A stretch of DNA of 64,000 nucleotides from Bugula neritina (lineage: Eukaryota; Animalia; Bryozoa): contig OZ037768.1 in the NCBI GenBank assembly GCA_964035545.1, positions 992,001-1,056,000 on the forward strand. Direction: 5' to 3'. Positions 34,221 through 56,300 of the stretch are shown here, piece after piece. The notes under the pieces were generated by a model that ran no database searches, had not been told where the DNA came from, and saw only the letters and a program-made list of their open reading frames with translations. The position numbers and the translations under genes are program-made. Positions within the stretch are counted from its first letter, which is position 1. Every line of letters begins with the position of its first letter.

Positions 34221-36509
34221 GTCTGAGCATACACTATTGAGTGACTAACTAACTGACTAACTGGTGCAGCCCTACCAACTATGTAGCCCTATAACTTATT
34301 CAGTTATACCCAGTGTGACATTCAGCCCAGCAAGGTAATCGTGTGATAGTCAGAGCATAGCTTCACAACAAACAGCTTTTCCACCCAACAGAGCTTTCTA
34401 CCCAGTAAAAGGTGACCCTAGGCATTGATGAGGTGAAAGCTGCTATTATACACTGCATATCCCCAGGTAACCTAACAGTTTCCAAATAATCCCGTAACCT
34501 TAAAATCCAAAGATGCACAACTAACTAACCATCATCTCAAACTCGTCAATGTGGTAGAGATAAAGGTATAGAAGCCATCATTGTTATCAGGTAAGTTAGC
34601 AGATGATGATATATCTACTGTAGAGACACAGAGCAAGTAAAGGAGTACACAATACAGCTGCTTGTCTGTCTGTTTGTCTGTCTGTTTGTCTGCCTGACAT
34701 ATCACAACAGTTGGTTTCTGCTCCCAGCTAAAATGCCTGTTGACATTATCAATCGAAACACAAATGAAGCCTGGACACTTGATAAGGCTCAGTCAAAAAT
34801 CTGTCAGGTTAAAAGCAGACGGCAAGCCAAAACAATGTGCTAGAGTCAGCAAAATCACTCTGCAAATAGTCAGCACTAACAGATAATATGGACAGCAAAT
34901 CCTAGGCAGCATCAACAACCCAAGAGCTGGTGGACAATGTTGCTACAAGATAGATACTGCACCTCAGAATAATTAAAACCAGTTTTGTCAAGCATGCTGT
35001 GCCCATGACTGCTATGTACATCAGATTTATCTTGATGAGAAAAATATTTTTTGGCAAATATATTTAGCTGAGTTAAATATGGGTGAGCTTCTGTTAAGTC
35101 TAAAGTACCAGGGGTTACTGCAGATGAAATCATTGGTGCATATATTAACCCACTGTGTTAAGGAATATTCCAGAAGGTCATAGAAATGGGGCAAGTGAAG
35201 TAGCTACTAGTAATTTTAATTACATCAAAGGAACTCAATATACACTACATACTTAAATGTGACGACCAAATTTTAAGGAGTACTAAATTCATATAATTTT
35301 AGCATCAAACTTTAATATTATTATTTCCTCTACTTCCTAACTAACCAGAAGTTTAAAATTAATTCCAAACTTTAAAGTCAAGTAAAAAAAATCAGGATAA
35401 TTCAACTATTTAACTGTAAAAACTATTTCTATTATTATTGTGTCGCACTTACTCTTAGATCTAGTTATTCACAAACTAAAAGTGTTTTATCTTATAAAAT
35501 CAAATAAATAATCATTAATTGCTGCTTATGTTATCATATATGTATTCAAGTTGTAGGTTGATATATTGATATTAACTAAAACTGAAACTAAAAGACAAAA
35601 GCGTCTCCAACTTAACAAGTAACAGTAAGTACCCAACACTAGTAGTTACAGTTACTGTTTGTCAAGTGCCATAATAATAGTTATTATCATTTTTATGACC
35701 ATTAATACTAATAGTAATACTAACACTAATAATAAAAGGAATAGGTAATAGGCCATAGGCTGCAATGATATCCTACAGCCGCAGGCTCTTGGCTTAGTTA
35801 GCTTACATTTAATTCTTTCACCTTTTGATAGGAATAAAATTTTAGTGATTAGGTGAGTAGGTATATTTATAATATCAATTAATATTATAGTTAATACACT
35901 TATAGTCATGGAGCTATAATAATAATTATACGTATTTAATTAAAAAATTAAATACTAATATGTATTTATGTAATCAGTATGAATATTCAATGACAACATA
36001 ACATCAAGCTCAACTTCAAGTTAAAGTAAAAGTTTAGCAACGACATAAATATGACCATCACCATGTTCATGTTGATGTTAAACTATAACAGTCGTTCCAA
36101 AAGCCATAGGCAACGAGGCAATAGGTAAATATGACTGTGAGTGCAAGTGTGAGCACCAGATTCTCAATCTTACAGTTACAGTCACTCTGACTTTCAGTCT
36201 CAACTCAGAGTCAGTATCACTTATAGTTATACTTATTCAGTTTCACTGTATCACTCATGGCATCAGTATCACTGTCAGTATCACTATCAGTATGAGTATG
36301 ACTGTATCAGTGTATCAGTATGAGTGAACAAATACAATTCAGAAAAAATTCATATTAGTTATTATTAATATTACAATATTAATGATTTATATTACTTATT
36401 AGTTATTACGTTTCAAATTGAACAGTTCTATCAGTATCACTTCAAGTTTATTAGTATTAAATTTAATAATAAATATAATATTAAATTTAATACCACTGCA
36501 CAAGTGACT

Positions 36510-37000
36510 TACCCTGTCAGTTTATTACTCTAAGTCTATGAGCATAGAATCACTATCGTGACCATCACTCACACACTGTGTCACTATTTGTATTACTATT
36601 AGTATTATATTATTGGGAGGCGTGATATTTTGCAAGCAGAACAGCAATAACTATTATTCAACTTCCTCCTTGATTTGTTTGCTATGTTCGTGATTTTGCT
36701 TGAAGATATCAGCGTAAACATTGCAGATTTCAAAGGCGAGAGCTGACCTTTATTTGACCTTCATTATATACGAATTTCCCCAAGTCTAAGTTGCAAATCA
36801 ATATCAATGTCAATATGTCAATATGAATATCATAGCTTTAATAGATGCTATACTTGAAGCTCTCTTAATTCACCGTATAGTCATAGTGGTTTTAGCTGTA
36901 CTTGAATAATAAGTTTCACTAAAGCTGGTTTATTTATATATACTATATACAGCTTTAGGCTTAGCTGCTTGCCTGCTTAGCCTTAGGGAAGTTGATATTT
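36510..37000. promoter_or_regulatory. Putative bidirectional promoter region, FYB-like/RIMOC1
   Basis: Genes diverge; a strong minus-strand donor (CAGG/GTAAGT) near 36512 suggests a 5' UTR exon; two TGACCTT half-sites at ~36744-36761. Confidence 0.4.
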
Positions 37001-37819
37001 TTCTGAGAGTGAGTGAACCGACACCATTGTCATTAACTTGAAACTTGAAATTTAAATTGAATTTCAATTTGTTAATAATATCAATACTTATTTAATATCA
37101 ATGTGAATATGAAACTGAATATCATATATCATTATCTAGTATATGAATACTGAATATGCATTTCATTAAAAATATCATTTTATTATTTATATTGATATCG
37201 TATTCATATTGTTAAGTTCAACTGATAGCTTAAAATCAAAGTTAAAATGGCAATCATAAGTAAGAGTAATATTAAACTTTTAGGATCTGAGTTTTGTTTG
37301 ACTAATTTAGTCTTAGTTTTTATATCAAATTTTGATTGATATTCTATTGTAAACCAATATGAATATGAATCTCGACTTAATTCATTAATTGCCATATTGA
37401 GTTTTACTTTTATGTTCCAGTGTTTACAATATGAATATGATATACTCATATAGTGCTATATGTTCTTATATGATGTAATGCATCATATGATTTGACATAA
37501 CACAGTATGTGATATTGTACATTATAATATATCATATGGTGTGATATAGTTTATCTTTAAGTGTCAAATTTTCTATATGCATAAATTTTTAATGCAAAAT
37601 TTGTTGCAGCTTCTTTCTTGTAAGTAATTTACATTGAAGGAAATTTTTATTATTTTGCATGTGATAAAATTCTGCAGCTTTATACAAGATTTTAAACGCT
37701 GAAACTGATTTATTTTAATCTGGAACTGGTGGGGCCAATATACATTTCTTAATTTTCATTTTATTTAACTACAGTGTGCCTTTTAGCATTGGATTTGTCA
37801 AAAGTTGATAAGCTTCTTC

Positions 37820-40325
37820 ATGTCGAGTTTCAGTGGGGATGTTTTACGTCAGAAGTGTCAGTCGCTGCTGAGCTCAATTCGAGAGAGACCTGACCACTTG
37901 TCTGATAAAGGTGAGATTTATATCTCATGGGTAACTTTTTCTAACTGAAGCATAATAATGCAAAGTGTCCGCATTGATTTTTTGAACTAATTGAGTCACA
38001 TATATATAATTTTGCAGTTGCATGAAATACTTTTCGTAAGTCAAGAAGTTTAATAATGGTAGCTAGAAATTGTTGTATTTTATATCGAAAAGGTTTGCAT
38101 ATACTCTCCTACTATTCTGTAAATTTTTAGACGCAACTCTAAGTCTATCTAAAGCTGCAGTTACTGGCAACAAAATACTTCGGCAAATTAGCGAGAAATC
38201 AGAATCAGAATGTCTTGATATAAGGGTGCTTTGTGACTATGCCCAGGTTTGTGTCCCCTAATAGAGCCCAGGTGAAACTACCTTTGCTAGTCAATTACTT
38301 TACTCTAAGTCTAATTACCACTCACTATTTATTACCATGTTACATGTCACTAAGCTTTACAACTCTTTGCTTGTTGTACACAGTTACTCCTGGATTTCTC
38401 TTACGCTATTGAAATAAAGATTGTGAATGAGGAATTCACTGGAGACTATAAAAATAAGATTCAGCTAATTTTTAGTAAGTAGTTTATCATTCTATGTCTT
38501 TGGGACAGTTTCAATCACAAGAATATCAAGCTGTAGCTACTGCAACTGCTCACTGTCCTTATGAGATAAACCATGTTGATTATTTTTCACCTCCAGCTGG
38601 TTGTGAGAGTCGCATTTTCTCTCTTAAATTATCTCTCAGCTAGTCAGTTGGCTAGTCAAGCAGCATTAGCTGTTCTTGTGGTTGTATGTACATAATACCT
38701 GACTGTATTATGCATATACCTGGCTGGATTCTGCATATACCTGGCTGTATTCTACACATACCTGACTGTGTTCTACATATACCTAACTGTATTCTGTACA
38801 TACCTGCCTGTATTCTGTATATACCTAAATGTAGCTTGCACAGTCACTGAGACAACCACCAAGGTTTCACTGTGTATTAGTTGTACAGGTCACCTAGATG
38901 AAGCCTTAGAACTGTTGAACCCTCTGTGCAATACTAAGGAGGCATTGTCCCCGTCCCCAACAGAGTTGAGTAAAGTTAATGAGCTGAGGGAATGTTTATA
39001 CTGGAGGAAGGGGGCTCTACTGTACATGTTCTGTCACACGGCGTATCACAACCAGTCTAGACTGCTAGCCACTCCAACATTGAGAACAGAGTTTGTTTCT
39101 TACGCAATACAAGGTATGAAGAAATTATTTATTTGTTGAAGTTTAATAGAAATTGACCCTATTTCTAGAGATGTAGTTCACACAGCTACAAGTACAATTA
39201 TTAGTACTCATAGTATATAGTATCTCCAAACATCTTTTTGAGATTTCTCTTGGTATTTTAGCTTTACCATATTGTAAAGTTTTTATTCCAAAAAGAAGAC
39301 AACTCTTACCAATATTTGGAAAAATAAATCGATTTCTTTTCTGCTAGTCTAAACTCATATTTACTCAGTCCTTGACAGAGTTACTGGGATGGAACGGAGA
39401 GGAGAAAAGTGAAATTAACATCTCTTATATTGGTTTTTTTCTGGTCTACTATTTCAATATTTTAATTTTAGTATCCATCTTGTATGTATATAATAATTCT
39501 ATCAAACAGAAATTCAAACAAACTCACTCCATGCTCTGTTGTGTGTTATAGATGCTATTAAATTGACATTATATTCGTTTAGTCATGAAAATATTATGTT
39601 TTTTACATAGTTTGTTACATATTTTGCCCGATGTGTTTGAACATTTGTTTGCTATAAAAATATTTTAATTTAAAATACATTTAGTTCATAGTTTGCAGTA
39701 TCTTTATACTACCTTTTATATTGTGCACATTATACTATATGGTATTACATTGCATACTTACTCTAGGGTTTAATATTCAACTGTAGGGGTGAGATATCTG
39801 TCAGTGGAGATGAGAAACACAAGAAGAGAGCAGACAACTCTTGAGTATGAGTCATCAGATGAACATCTCCTACAACTCATTAAACAAGGTGAGTTTTCCC
39901 GGGTTATCCAGTTGGGGAATCCCTGACATACTTTATTTTTGCAATAATACAATATTTATATAAGTATATGCACAAATATACATAAATACACATAGGCTAT
40001 TTTAGTGTCACCTGTATATGATTTTTCGGTCGTAATAATTTCAAGTTACTGCCTGCCTTAACATTCACTCTACCCACCTATCTATGTGTGTTTCACAGGT
40101 ATATTTAGTGATGTCAACATGCTGTCACTGATGTATGCTGCCGAGATGTGTTACTGGATTACCCTCATAGACACCGGCAGCAGCACTGACATTGATTTCT
40201 CACCCAAAGCTATTGGCCAGCAACTAGCTCAGCAATATATTAGTCTAGCTGATGGACCTCTGAAACACAGTTCCTGGAACACAGAGCAGGCTGTGAATAT
40301 ATGCAATCATCTGCAGGCTGCATGA
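37820..40325 (+). CDS. RIMOC1: RAB7A-interacting MON1-CCZ1 complex subunit 1 (C5orf51 family), 6 coding exons, ~283 aa
   Basis: Exons 37820-37910, 38131-38246, 38384-38474, 38889-39113, 39787-39888, 40099-40325. Motifs ECLYWRKGALLYM and GIFSD..MLSLMYAAEMCYW match my recollection of C5orf51. Confidence 0.82.
38695..38827. repeat. Degenerate ~21-bp repeat (ACCTGACTGTATTCTGCATAT)n
   Basis: Inside RIMOC1 intron 3. Confidence 0.8.
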
Positions 40326-43148
40326 CTCAATACATGTAATAAGCTAACTGAATATTGAAATACTCATATGTGAGCCTATTATATCAGCTTTTTGCTGTAC
40401 ATGAAATTAGCTGTTATCTTATTTCACTAAATTGTAGTCATCAATTAATTAATTTACGTATTTTTGCTTATTTTTTTGTAAAAACCATACAATCTGTATA
40501 TCATAGACAGTGCATGTAATACTATGTAGTATTTGGGAACCAAAGTTTAATTTGAAAGAAAATTAAATAATGTCATGTTATTTTTTAATAAGGTGTATTT
40601 AATAATAATTCTAATACATTTTAACTTTAATTGCTTTATACAAAAGCTATCTAAGAGTTGCCTTCTCTTGGCAAAAATGCTGATTGTAGAAGGCAGAATC
40701 ATCCTTACATGACCCCTTAAATTTACGAATACCTTTAAAACTCGTGCTGTAACAGCACAGCTATTAAATAAATTAATATAGGCACTTAGAACAAAAATCA
40801 ACAATTATAATATCTTTATGTAGTCTTCACAAGAAACAAGCTTTAACTGAGTAGGCAGACAACTTCTGAAAACTTACTTTGACTACACCGCTACTGCATC
40901 GCCACACAGAAAGATCAATAACTGCATTACCATTAATTATTTTACTGTGACTAAGAGTAAGTTCAATATCATTAGTTAAAGTAATAAATGTAGAATTAGG
41001 TGCGCCTTGGATTCACACATAAATAGTAACTACCACAATCAATAAAAAAATTTCTCTGACGTTCACAAACTTCACGTCAAGTTAAAAATCCGTGCTAAAT
41101 ATTTTCTGCTCTAACTTGACCTTGGGTAAGAATTATTATTACTGTTAGTGTTAGTGTTAGCGTTATTAGTATTACTATTACTATTAGTATTAGTATTAGT
41201 AATAGTATTACTTCACCTAAATCTGTTCGCTGTTCTAAGGCTAAAGACTAAGAGTAATTCTAATAACTTAACAAGTACCAAGTATCAGTATGATGGGTAC
41301 TGTGATAGCATGAGTGAGATTGTATGACTATGTCTATGAGTATGTGCATGTAAAGCTTAGAACAAGTGATGAATACCAATAAAACTAAGTATCATGATCA
41401 TCATAGTCGTGTGATTAGGTTCAAGTTTGCAAGTGTAATATTATTCTCTAACTGATAACCTCAACATTAACCCAAAGTAGTTAAATAATTGAATATAACC
41501 TGTTTTCTCTGCTTGCTGTTGCTTTCTATCTATTTTCCTATTCTGTCTACGAGTTGATTGCCATAGCGATAGTTTCTAATAACTAATGCCATAGTCGCAG
41601 TGCTTAGTGATGGCTATCAGTATAATTAATAGTTTTATACATTTATTGTTATCAAATCAATACGAATGTTGGTAACATTCCTGTCTTTATTTTTCAAGAT
41701 AATCATGACAACCACTATGATTATCAATTATTGTTTCATTACACTTATTGTTATGGAATGGTATTATAAATATGGTAAGGATCACAATAACAATATTTAC
41801 AGTCATGTTTCTTTTCTTCCAGAATTTTTTTGTAACAAGTGTTCAGCGTAGTATACTCAGTTTCACTTATAATTATCAATTATTACATTTATTATTATGA
41901 GCATTAACACCAATAAGCATAGCCTTGTTCATAGTTACAGCGAAGATATTTTCTTATTTTTAAAAAAATTACCGCCAAGAGTTAAGTCTACAAGTTTATC
42001 CTCAGTGAAATTAAAAGTAAAATGAGTAGGCTATGCTGTTGACAATTTCTTATATTTCGGTCAATATAGATAAATTGTAAAAACCTTTGCCAGGATCACA
42101 ATTTTCTCGGTGACTCACAATTAACATTTGTACTCAAAGTGAACGCAATGTGCACTCAAAGTGAACGCAGTGTATATGTCATAGCATCTGAGACTTGCTA
42201 GTCACCGACTATTGATGTAGTTGAAATTCTAATTAGAATTTGTTTGACTCACTGACTATACTTTCACTGCGGCATGTTAACTATAGGTGTTAATTTTTGT
42301 TTGCTTTAGTAAGATGGCAAATGTCATGCAGCAATGATAATTGCATGGATTATTAAAATGTTGTTATAAAAAAGAGGGTAAATCACCATTAGATACAGAA
42401 AAGTAAGACTGGTTTCAAGATATGAAAATCTTACTGCTTCTATTCTTATAGCCTGTTGAAGCTATTGAGTACGGCTAAGCATGCCTCGGTTAGACTGTTG
42501 AGCGAAAAGCTATTGGCTTTTTAGATCAATAAAACTAATTATATTTGCATACTGAGAATTTCTGATAACATCATAAAGTAAGCATCCATACAACCCAAGT
42601 GGGGATATACAGCATCATCATTCACGTGGGGTGATCCAATCTCTCTGCTAATTTAATGTCAAAAAATCTAATAATTATCCCAATTTATATATGAAAACTC
42701 AAAGTCCCTGCACAATGATTACCTCCCCTGAATGTATCATTCAATAAAAATTTGTATTTCTTGTTTTCAAACTATATTTTTGATTGCAACATATAGTATA
42801 GGTTCTTGAGACTGAAGGATATAAGTTTGGTTTTACCAAATATTTTTGACAATTGTGTGTTGATTTAGGTCAAACTTTCATTACCTTTTAGATTTAGACT
42901 CTCTATTTGAGACATGCTAGCAGTAGCTCAGTATTGATTCCGCTAGAGTGTTAGTTAATGACCTGAATGAAGTTTCTTCAACTCGCCACCATTTAGATTT
43001 GTTAAGCAGAATAGGTTAAGGTTTTGTTTCATGTGTGCTGACGAATGCATTTGTAATTGACACCTAAAACTTGAAGTGAAATGATGATATTTGCAACTCA
43101 GCTGTATCTCTTATAACTCAAGTGTACTTGATTTTAATTTCAAGAGTT

Positions 43149-49519
<6,371 letters not shown>

Positions 49520-50314
49520 GTCATGTGACCCAACACCCTCCTATGCCAGTCGTCAATGGATCACCCAGTTTTAGTGTTAGCACAATCTTTACCTTCTATG
49601 TTCATCGAACAATCATTAGAATTCTGTGTATTAATGTTGGAGAATCTTTAAATCTATAAAACCTTTATTTTCCGAGTCACCAGTCAGGTTGTGTTGCATC
49701 CACAGGTACTCCATGTCACAGTGACCAGATGTCACAGGTACTTCATGTCACAGTCACGTGTGACATCTGAATGAGTATGTACTGTTAACCTGTGGTATAA
49801 TGTTGTAGTAAGTTATTCATGGTGTGCTCTGGCAATATTTATGTTATCAACAATCAACTTTGATCATAGCTAGAATTAGTTCCTGTTATAAACATTTCTG
49901 TGTTGTATAATTAAAAGTAGATATAATACATTCATTATATTGTTGTTTTTTGAGAAGTTTGCTATTTTATTTGGGTTATTTAATTTAATAGTCTGTAATT
50001 TTATATTATATGGAAAATATATTTAATTATAAAATATGCAAAAATAATGTATCCAAAATATTACTAAAAGTTTTAGTCAAGGACGGAATGAGTTGTAACA
50101 ATGTGATAAATGTAATACTTTAAGAAAATAACTAAACTTACAAAAAAGAACAAATCCAAGTACGGAAAATTATGAAATATTATGACAAAAATGTATGCAT
50201 ATAGTCACATGATCAAAGTTTAGAAGTTATATAAACATCCAACGTAGGAGTTCAAATGTATAGGGAGAGACTGCTATATACTAGCTCACACTGGTCTGTG
50301 CCAACGGGTGGTGT

Positions 50315-53300
50315 TTAGACACTGCCATTTGGTGGTGTCTCACCTCTAACTCCTTGTGGTGTCTCACCTCTAACTCCTTGTGGTGTCTCGCCTCTAACTT
50401 CACCCCGACTCACTGTGGGTGTCCCTCCCCTACCAACCGATGGTGTCTCACCTCTACGCGCTATCACCGATAGAGGTCTACAAAGGACGACATTCAAACT
50501 ATATTTACAAATACTTGTGAACATCAATATATGACTAGAACTCATTTGTCTCTCAGTTTGTACCACAGATGTGCGCCAGTCACATTCTCACGACCCATCA
50601 CACACGGTAGTTTTTTAAAATTGCCGTTTGTATGTCTTCTACTCAAGTAGTGAGTAAGGAGTTAATAAAGGGGCTGCAGAATGTACATATTATATAGATG
50701 TCTCTGTCACTAACTATTGAGTATAACTAAAAGATTCACAGCTCCACTTATTCGCTCACTACTACAGTGACTCACTACTACAGTGACTCATTAATACAGT
50801 GACTCACTACAACAGAGACTCACTACTACAGTGACTCACTACTACAGAGACTCACTACTACAGAGACTCACTACTACAGAGACTCACTAATACAGTGACT
50901 CACTACTACAGAGACTCACTATTACAGTGACTCACTATTACAGAGACTCACTATTACAGAGACTCACTACTACAGAGACTCACTACTACAGAGACACACT
51001 ACTACAGAGACACACTACCACAGAGCTTCTAGTGAGTAGTAAGTACATTATAAACCTTGACTGGAGTCCGATTTGACTGGTGGGAGAGGCAAAAGCTGAC
51101 CTGGAGGGTATCCCAGCTACCATCATGTCTACATCAATAGACTCTTCATCACCTAGCACTGAGAGAGTGTCCTGTAAAATATTACACAGTATTACCAGCT
51201 ATGGTACAATAACTCTCCAATTAGTCACACGACTAGTCACATGACTAATCACATGGCCAATCACATGGTTACTTGCAAAGAGCAGTGAGAAACTTACATA
51301 ACTGATGAGGTCATCATTTGTTGTTACTTCAGCTTTTATATACAACTCGTGGCCAACCCTTGGTCCAACCTCAGACTGAGGTTGGAGAATGTCAATGTAA
51401 TCAATAGGTTGGGGCGCCTTCTTTCCACCCGTCTCACTCCATACTTTATTTAGAGCCTCTTTTGTCAACTTATTCATCTCCACTTTTTTAGCTCGGCCAT
51501 TTAAAAACATGCCTGAAAAATAATTACTTATGGCAATCACAGCAAATAATGTCTGTAATATTAGTAGATCTCTGGTCAAAATATATTCTTATTAATACTC
51601 AATTCAAACTCAACACAAACCTTTTTTAATTTTCAAATCAGTGAACTAAATCTCAAGCCTGAACATCAAATTTAGAATGAAGAAAAGAATCTTGATCAAG
51701 CAACTTTTGGTTTTTCATCATAGTTAGTTTGAGCTGTGATTTGCTACTATGTATTGTGTGACGTCTGCATTGGTTTAAATCATATCAAATTGGCACAGCC
51801 TACTTTTACCGACTGCAACCGCTACTGGCTTGTCCACATTGACTAGTTGGAGTTCTATTGTGCTGTGAGCTTTGTCAACAATATTTACATTTTTCAATAA
51901 TATGCATTTTTGCTAATTTAGCTTAAACATTATAATGCAAAAAAAAAACATAACGCCTGCACATTTTAACATTTAGGTCCAAGCTCCCTTATGGAGTAAA
52001 AAAGTAAGAGATGGCAAGAGAACTTTAAACGTATAAAATAGACTGGCTTGCAGCTGCAAAGCAAATACTGTAAACTGACTCTGTCTGTCTCGCCATAGTA
52101 CACTAGTGTCTTCTTCACCAATCTACTAACAAGCAGTAAGTAATGCAGAATCTATTAGTAATTGAAACCAACATACCCAGGCAGTACATTTTTAGTAATA
52201 GTCTTCGTTTTAATGGCGAGACTAAAAGCAGATCATATTCCCTTTGGGCGAGACGTTTGACAAACACTGGCATTACTCTCATCAACTCAGCCGCAGTGCT
52301 TCGGATGCTCTCCTTGACACTTTCAGCAAACAGGGAGTGAGACGCCACTTGAGCGTGAACCTAGAAGAGCAACATTTGCGTGAGTATATAGTAGTATATC
52401 AGTGTGAGTATATACTAGTATCATAGTGTCATAGTATCATAGTGTCATAGTATCATAGTGTCATAGTATCATAGTGTCATAGTATCATAGTGTCATAGTG
52501 TCATAGTGTTATAGTGTCATAGTATCATAGCATGGAGTGTCATAGTGTCATAGTATCATAGTATGGAGTGTCACACCTCTATGAGCTCATCAAGCAGGTG
52601 CCACAAGGTGTCCTGTATTGGATCGCCCAAAAACTCAGCCTCTCTGCAGTAGGCATTGATAATTTGAATCTGTCTGGAGAGCTCATGGGCTGGTGCAAAC
52701 AGAGGCGGCAAACTCATTGTCCTCTCTGCAAAAAAATGAAAAAACAACATACAGTAGTCATGTAACTTATAACTTGAAATTTTTCCTAATCTTTTTCTGC
52801 ATGAGAAAAGATAATTCGGATACATAATATACTAAATATTAATACAAGACTTTACTAAGCCAGTATCACTAGACAAAATTTATTACGAGATGTCAAAAAA
52901 ATATTTCATGAAGTTTCGTCTCTACATTTAGAATTGCAAGGGTACAATAGAGGTCATGTGACGTGACGCACCCACGACATGCCGAGCTCGTAAAACTCCT
53001 TTCATAAACTTCTTTGTCTGGTCATCAAGCTTATGTACCCCTTCAGAAGTCAAAGACGGCCATATTGGTTTACTGCAGACGTTGCACTGATGTAGCAGCA
53101 GATAGATGAAGAAGCAGAGAGTGATTAGCAGCCACCCGCCATTCACTGTGATGAGCATGCTCATTGTGTACATCGGGGTGAACCAGACGGACCTCACACT
53201 ATCAACATAATACAGTATACGAGATAGTGGCCTTCAACAATCAAACTAGACTAGTTAGAAAATATTAGTTTAGATATTGAAATGATCAACTTAATATTTG

Positions 53301-56300
53301 AAAAAAAATGACATTCTACTTTTTGAGTGCTCAGTGTAATTTAATTTCTCAATTTTGGACCAAATTGTTGGCAATTTTAAAACATTGTATTAGGTATGCA
53401 GGGTTATTAGAACTAACAAGAACAATTTATAGATGTTTAAACTTACAATCTCCTAAATGTTAACCGAAATAACATTCAAGATTTAAACATTCAATATTTT
53501 ATATATATAAAAATTTAAAAATTAAACTACCAAACTGAATTTACAAACTAATAACTTGAAAACTATCTTTATAGTTGCATATACTTTGTCCAGGAACATA
53601 AACAAATGAAAATATCTCCTTGTAAACAACAACAATGAAATGTGTCTATCAGCAAGTACTGGGGACAGGAAGTGACCTGTATGCATCAAAGGAAGTCCTC
53701 ATGGCTCCGGTGAGAAGATTCAATACTAAACAGAGCATGTTGATGATGAGCATGGCGTTGAATAGTGGCACCCTGTACGGCCTCTGTATGATGAACGCCA
53801 GCAGGTAGACAAATACCACACAAGTCAGCACCATCGACTGTAAACAGGAAAGAAGGGGCTAACGTAAGCAAACAGGAAGTAGTGTTACTGTAAGTAAACA
53901 GGAAATACAAGGCTAACGTAAGTAAAATACATCATAGATAACCCAACAAATGAAAGCTATTAGAAAACCTGAGAGATAAATTTCAAAAGTTTTCTGAATC
54001 GGAGCGCCTTTCAAAGCAAATTTCCGCTTTTCTATTGAATGTTTTTACAATGTTTAATTTCATTGTTATGATAAATTCAGTAAATCTTTCTAATATAAAA
54101 TTTATAGTGCACTGCATGAAAGTTGACAATTCCTAAAAACTAAACACTTAATCTAAAATATTGACAAAATATTTCTAATGCTGATAAGTCATCACAACAC
54201 AATCCCCTGCCTTATAAACGCATATTGAGAGGAAATACCTGTATAAAGATCATGTTGAACAGCGCTGCATAGACTACAATTCCAATAAACTTGAGAAGAT
54301 GCATTGCGGCACGGTAGTGGGCTGCCCTCAATTTAAATGAAGAGAATATATGAAAACCACACACAATATACATGACGTCTAATCCTTGCACGTACTCCGT
54401 TTCTTTTAGTTGTAGGTATGATTCGTGGCCTGCAAATTATGAAAAACTTTCCATAGTAGATTCCAATCTCTATTGTGCAGGTAACTCCATGTTATTCAAA
54501 CCAAATAACTGCTAAACTGACTAGTGACACAAGTATAACAAGTCAAGCAGTGAAGACAATTTTAATTCTATTTGTAAATTGACAAGAGACATAAAAAATT
54601 TATTTTATTACTATACTGTACAATTATATACAAATATAATATATATTGTCAAACAAAATTATTTATCTAACAACAAAGCACATAATACAAGCACATAATA
54701 CAAGCACATGAGGTGAATACAAACCCGAGGAATGGCTGAATATGAGCTGTAGCTTAGTTTTCTTTATCATCCAGACGGGGAAGGCAATAAAGAACACAAG
54801 AGCAAAGGCTATAGCCACACCGGCATACGCCCACTGCAGACTAGCGAAGCAGCTCTGGGTGTTGTCTACATACATCAGCATTGTCTCCCCCTTGCTGTCT
54901 GACACGCAGTGGAATACTTTACCGAGAGAAACACCAACAGGCAGGGCTAGTAGCTGTAAAACAATATAAATCAACATTGAACTTAGTTTAAAAACCTAGA
55001 CTGAGATACTATTAATAATGTGTATGTAGCACGGGGCATTAATTATACCTTTACTAAATGAAGTAATACTAACAAAATTTATGAAACACAACAAATTCAA
55101 AATATAAATCTAATGGGCTGCAATTACATAACACGGAACACTAAAACAAAACTTGATATAAATTACTGAATAACATATCTCAACTCTAACCTGAAATATT
55201 ATTATATAAACTCTTTGCATTTTAGATATTTTCACCAGGAGAAAGGGATCGTCTCTCTTGGACATGATCACGTACGACACGACGTAAGCAATGAAGAGAC
55301 AGAAGAAGACTATTGCCATTCCTAACAGGAAGTACCAGTACGGGAAGGGCATGAGAGTGGAGTCGGAGGGAAACCCCTGAACACTCTTGTACGTCGTGTT
55401 ACTCGCTACTTTCGTCATCTCCCAGACATCCAGATTAGCCGCAAACACCCAGCTCAGCTTTCTAGTCCAGGCCTCTGGCCAAGGCCACCGTACAGCTAAG
55501 GACTGCACCTGAGAATATCACATATAATAATATTACATAACTATAAAGGGTACAGTAATATAACTCATTATTCATACATCTGCAGGCATACAATGAGTGT
55601 CTTAAAAAACGGAACATTATTTATTGTAATGAAATAAAATATCTTAGAAAGTAAGCTTTATTATAGCTACCCTTAGACTGTGTTCCACATTTAAACAACA
55701 TTTCAAGTTGAATTTCTGGTTGTAACTAATGTTATCTGTAACCAGAGGCATTGATTGCCCTAAATATTTAGTTACAATGTCATAGTGATCTATGAGTGAT
55801 ATTGAAAAGTCATCAAAGACACAATACACGATAAATCCTACAATTCAAAGTGAATATCTCAACTAATTTGTTTACTCACTAAGGCCAGCCACTGCAGATA
55901 CTCCACTGACAGTATGAAAAAGTCGTTCCAAATCAGCCACGTTCCTCGCTTTTTGTTGTCTGCAAACAGCACTTCCTCTTCGTCAAAATCCGTATCCCAG
56001 TATTCCTTTTCATTCACAATATCATCTAAACTTGACGTAAATGCGGCATTGTAAGCACTAAAACACAATAAACCATCGAAATCTCATTGTGAATAAAATA
56101 TTATGTGAAATAAAAACTTCATTTATTTGAAAAACATAAAATCACTGAGTCATATATCAACATAAACAATAAAGCAGTTGACCAGATAGAAGTTAGGCAA
56201 AGGAAATATTTAGCTGAAAATATTATATAAAGTAATAATTTCAAAAATAATTTCAGCAGACTCTAATATTTCATAATTTTATACTTAATATTTTGGTTTT

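Noticed and set aside
32000-36500. Hidden gene or structured RNA in the long region upstream of the FYB-like CDS
   Set aside because: I found no credible ORF chain and no tRNA, snRNA or snoRNA box pattern by eye; it is most likely a 5' UTR intron. An Infernal/Rfam scan would be decisive.
50643-50673. Extra internal exon of the membrane-protein gene after ttctgcag
   Set aside because: All three frames stop within ~35 nt; at most it is an alternative terminal exon, and there is no support for that here.
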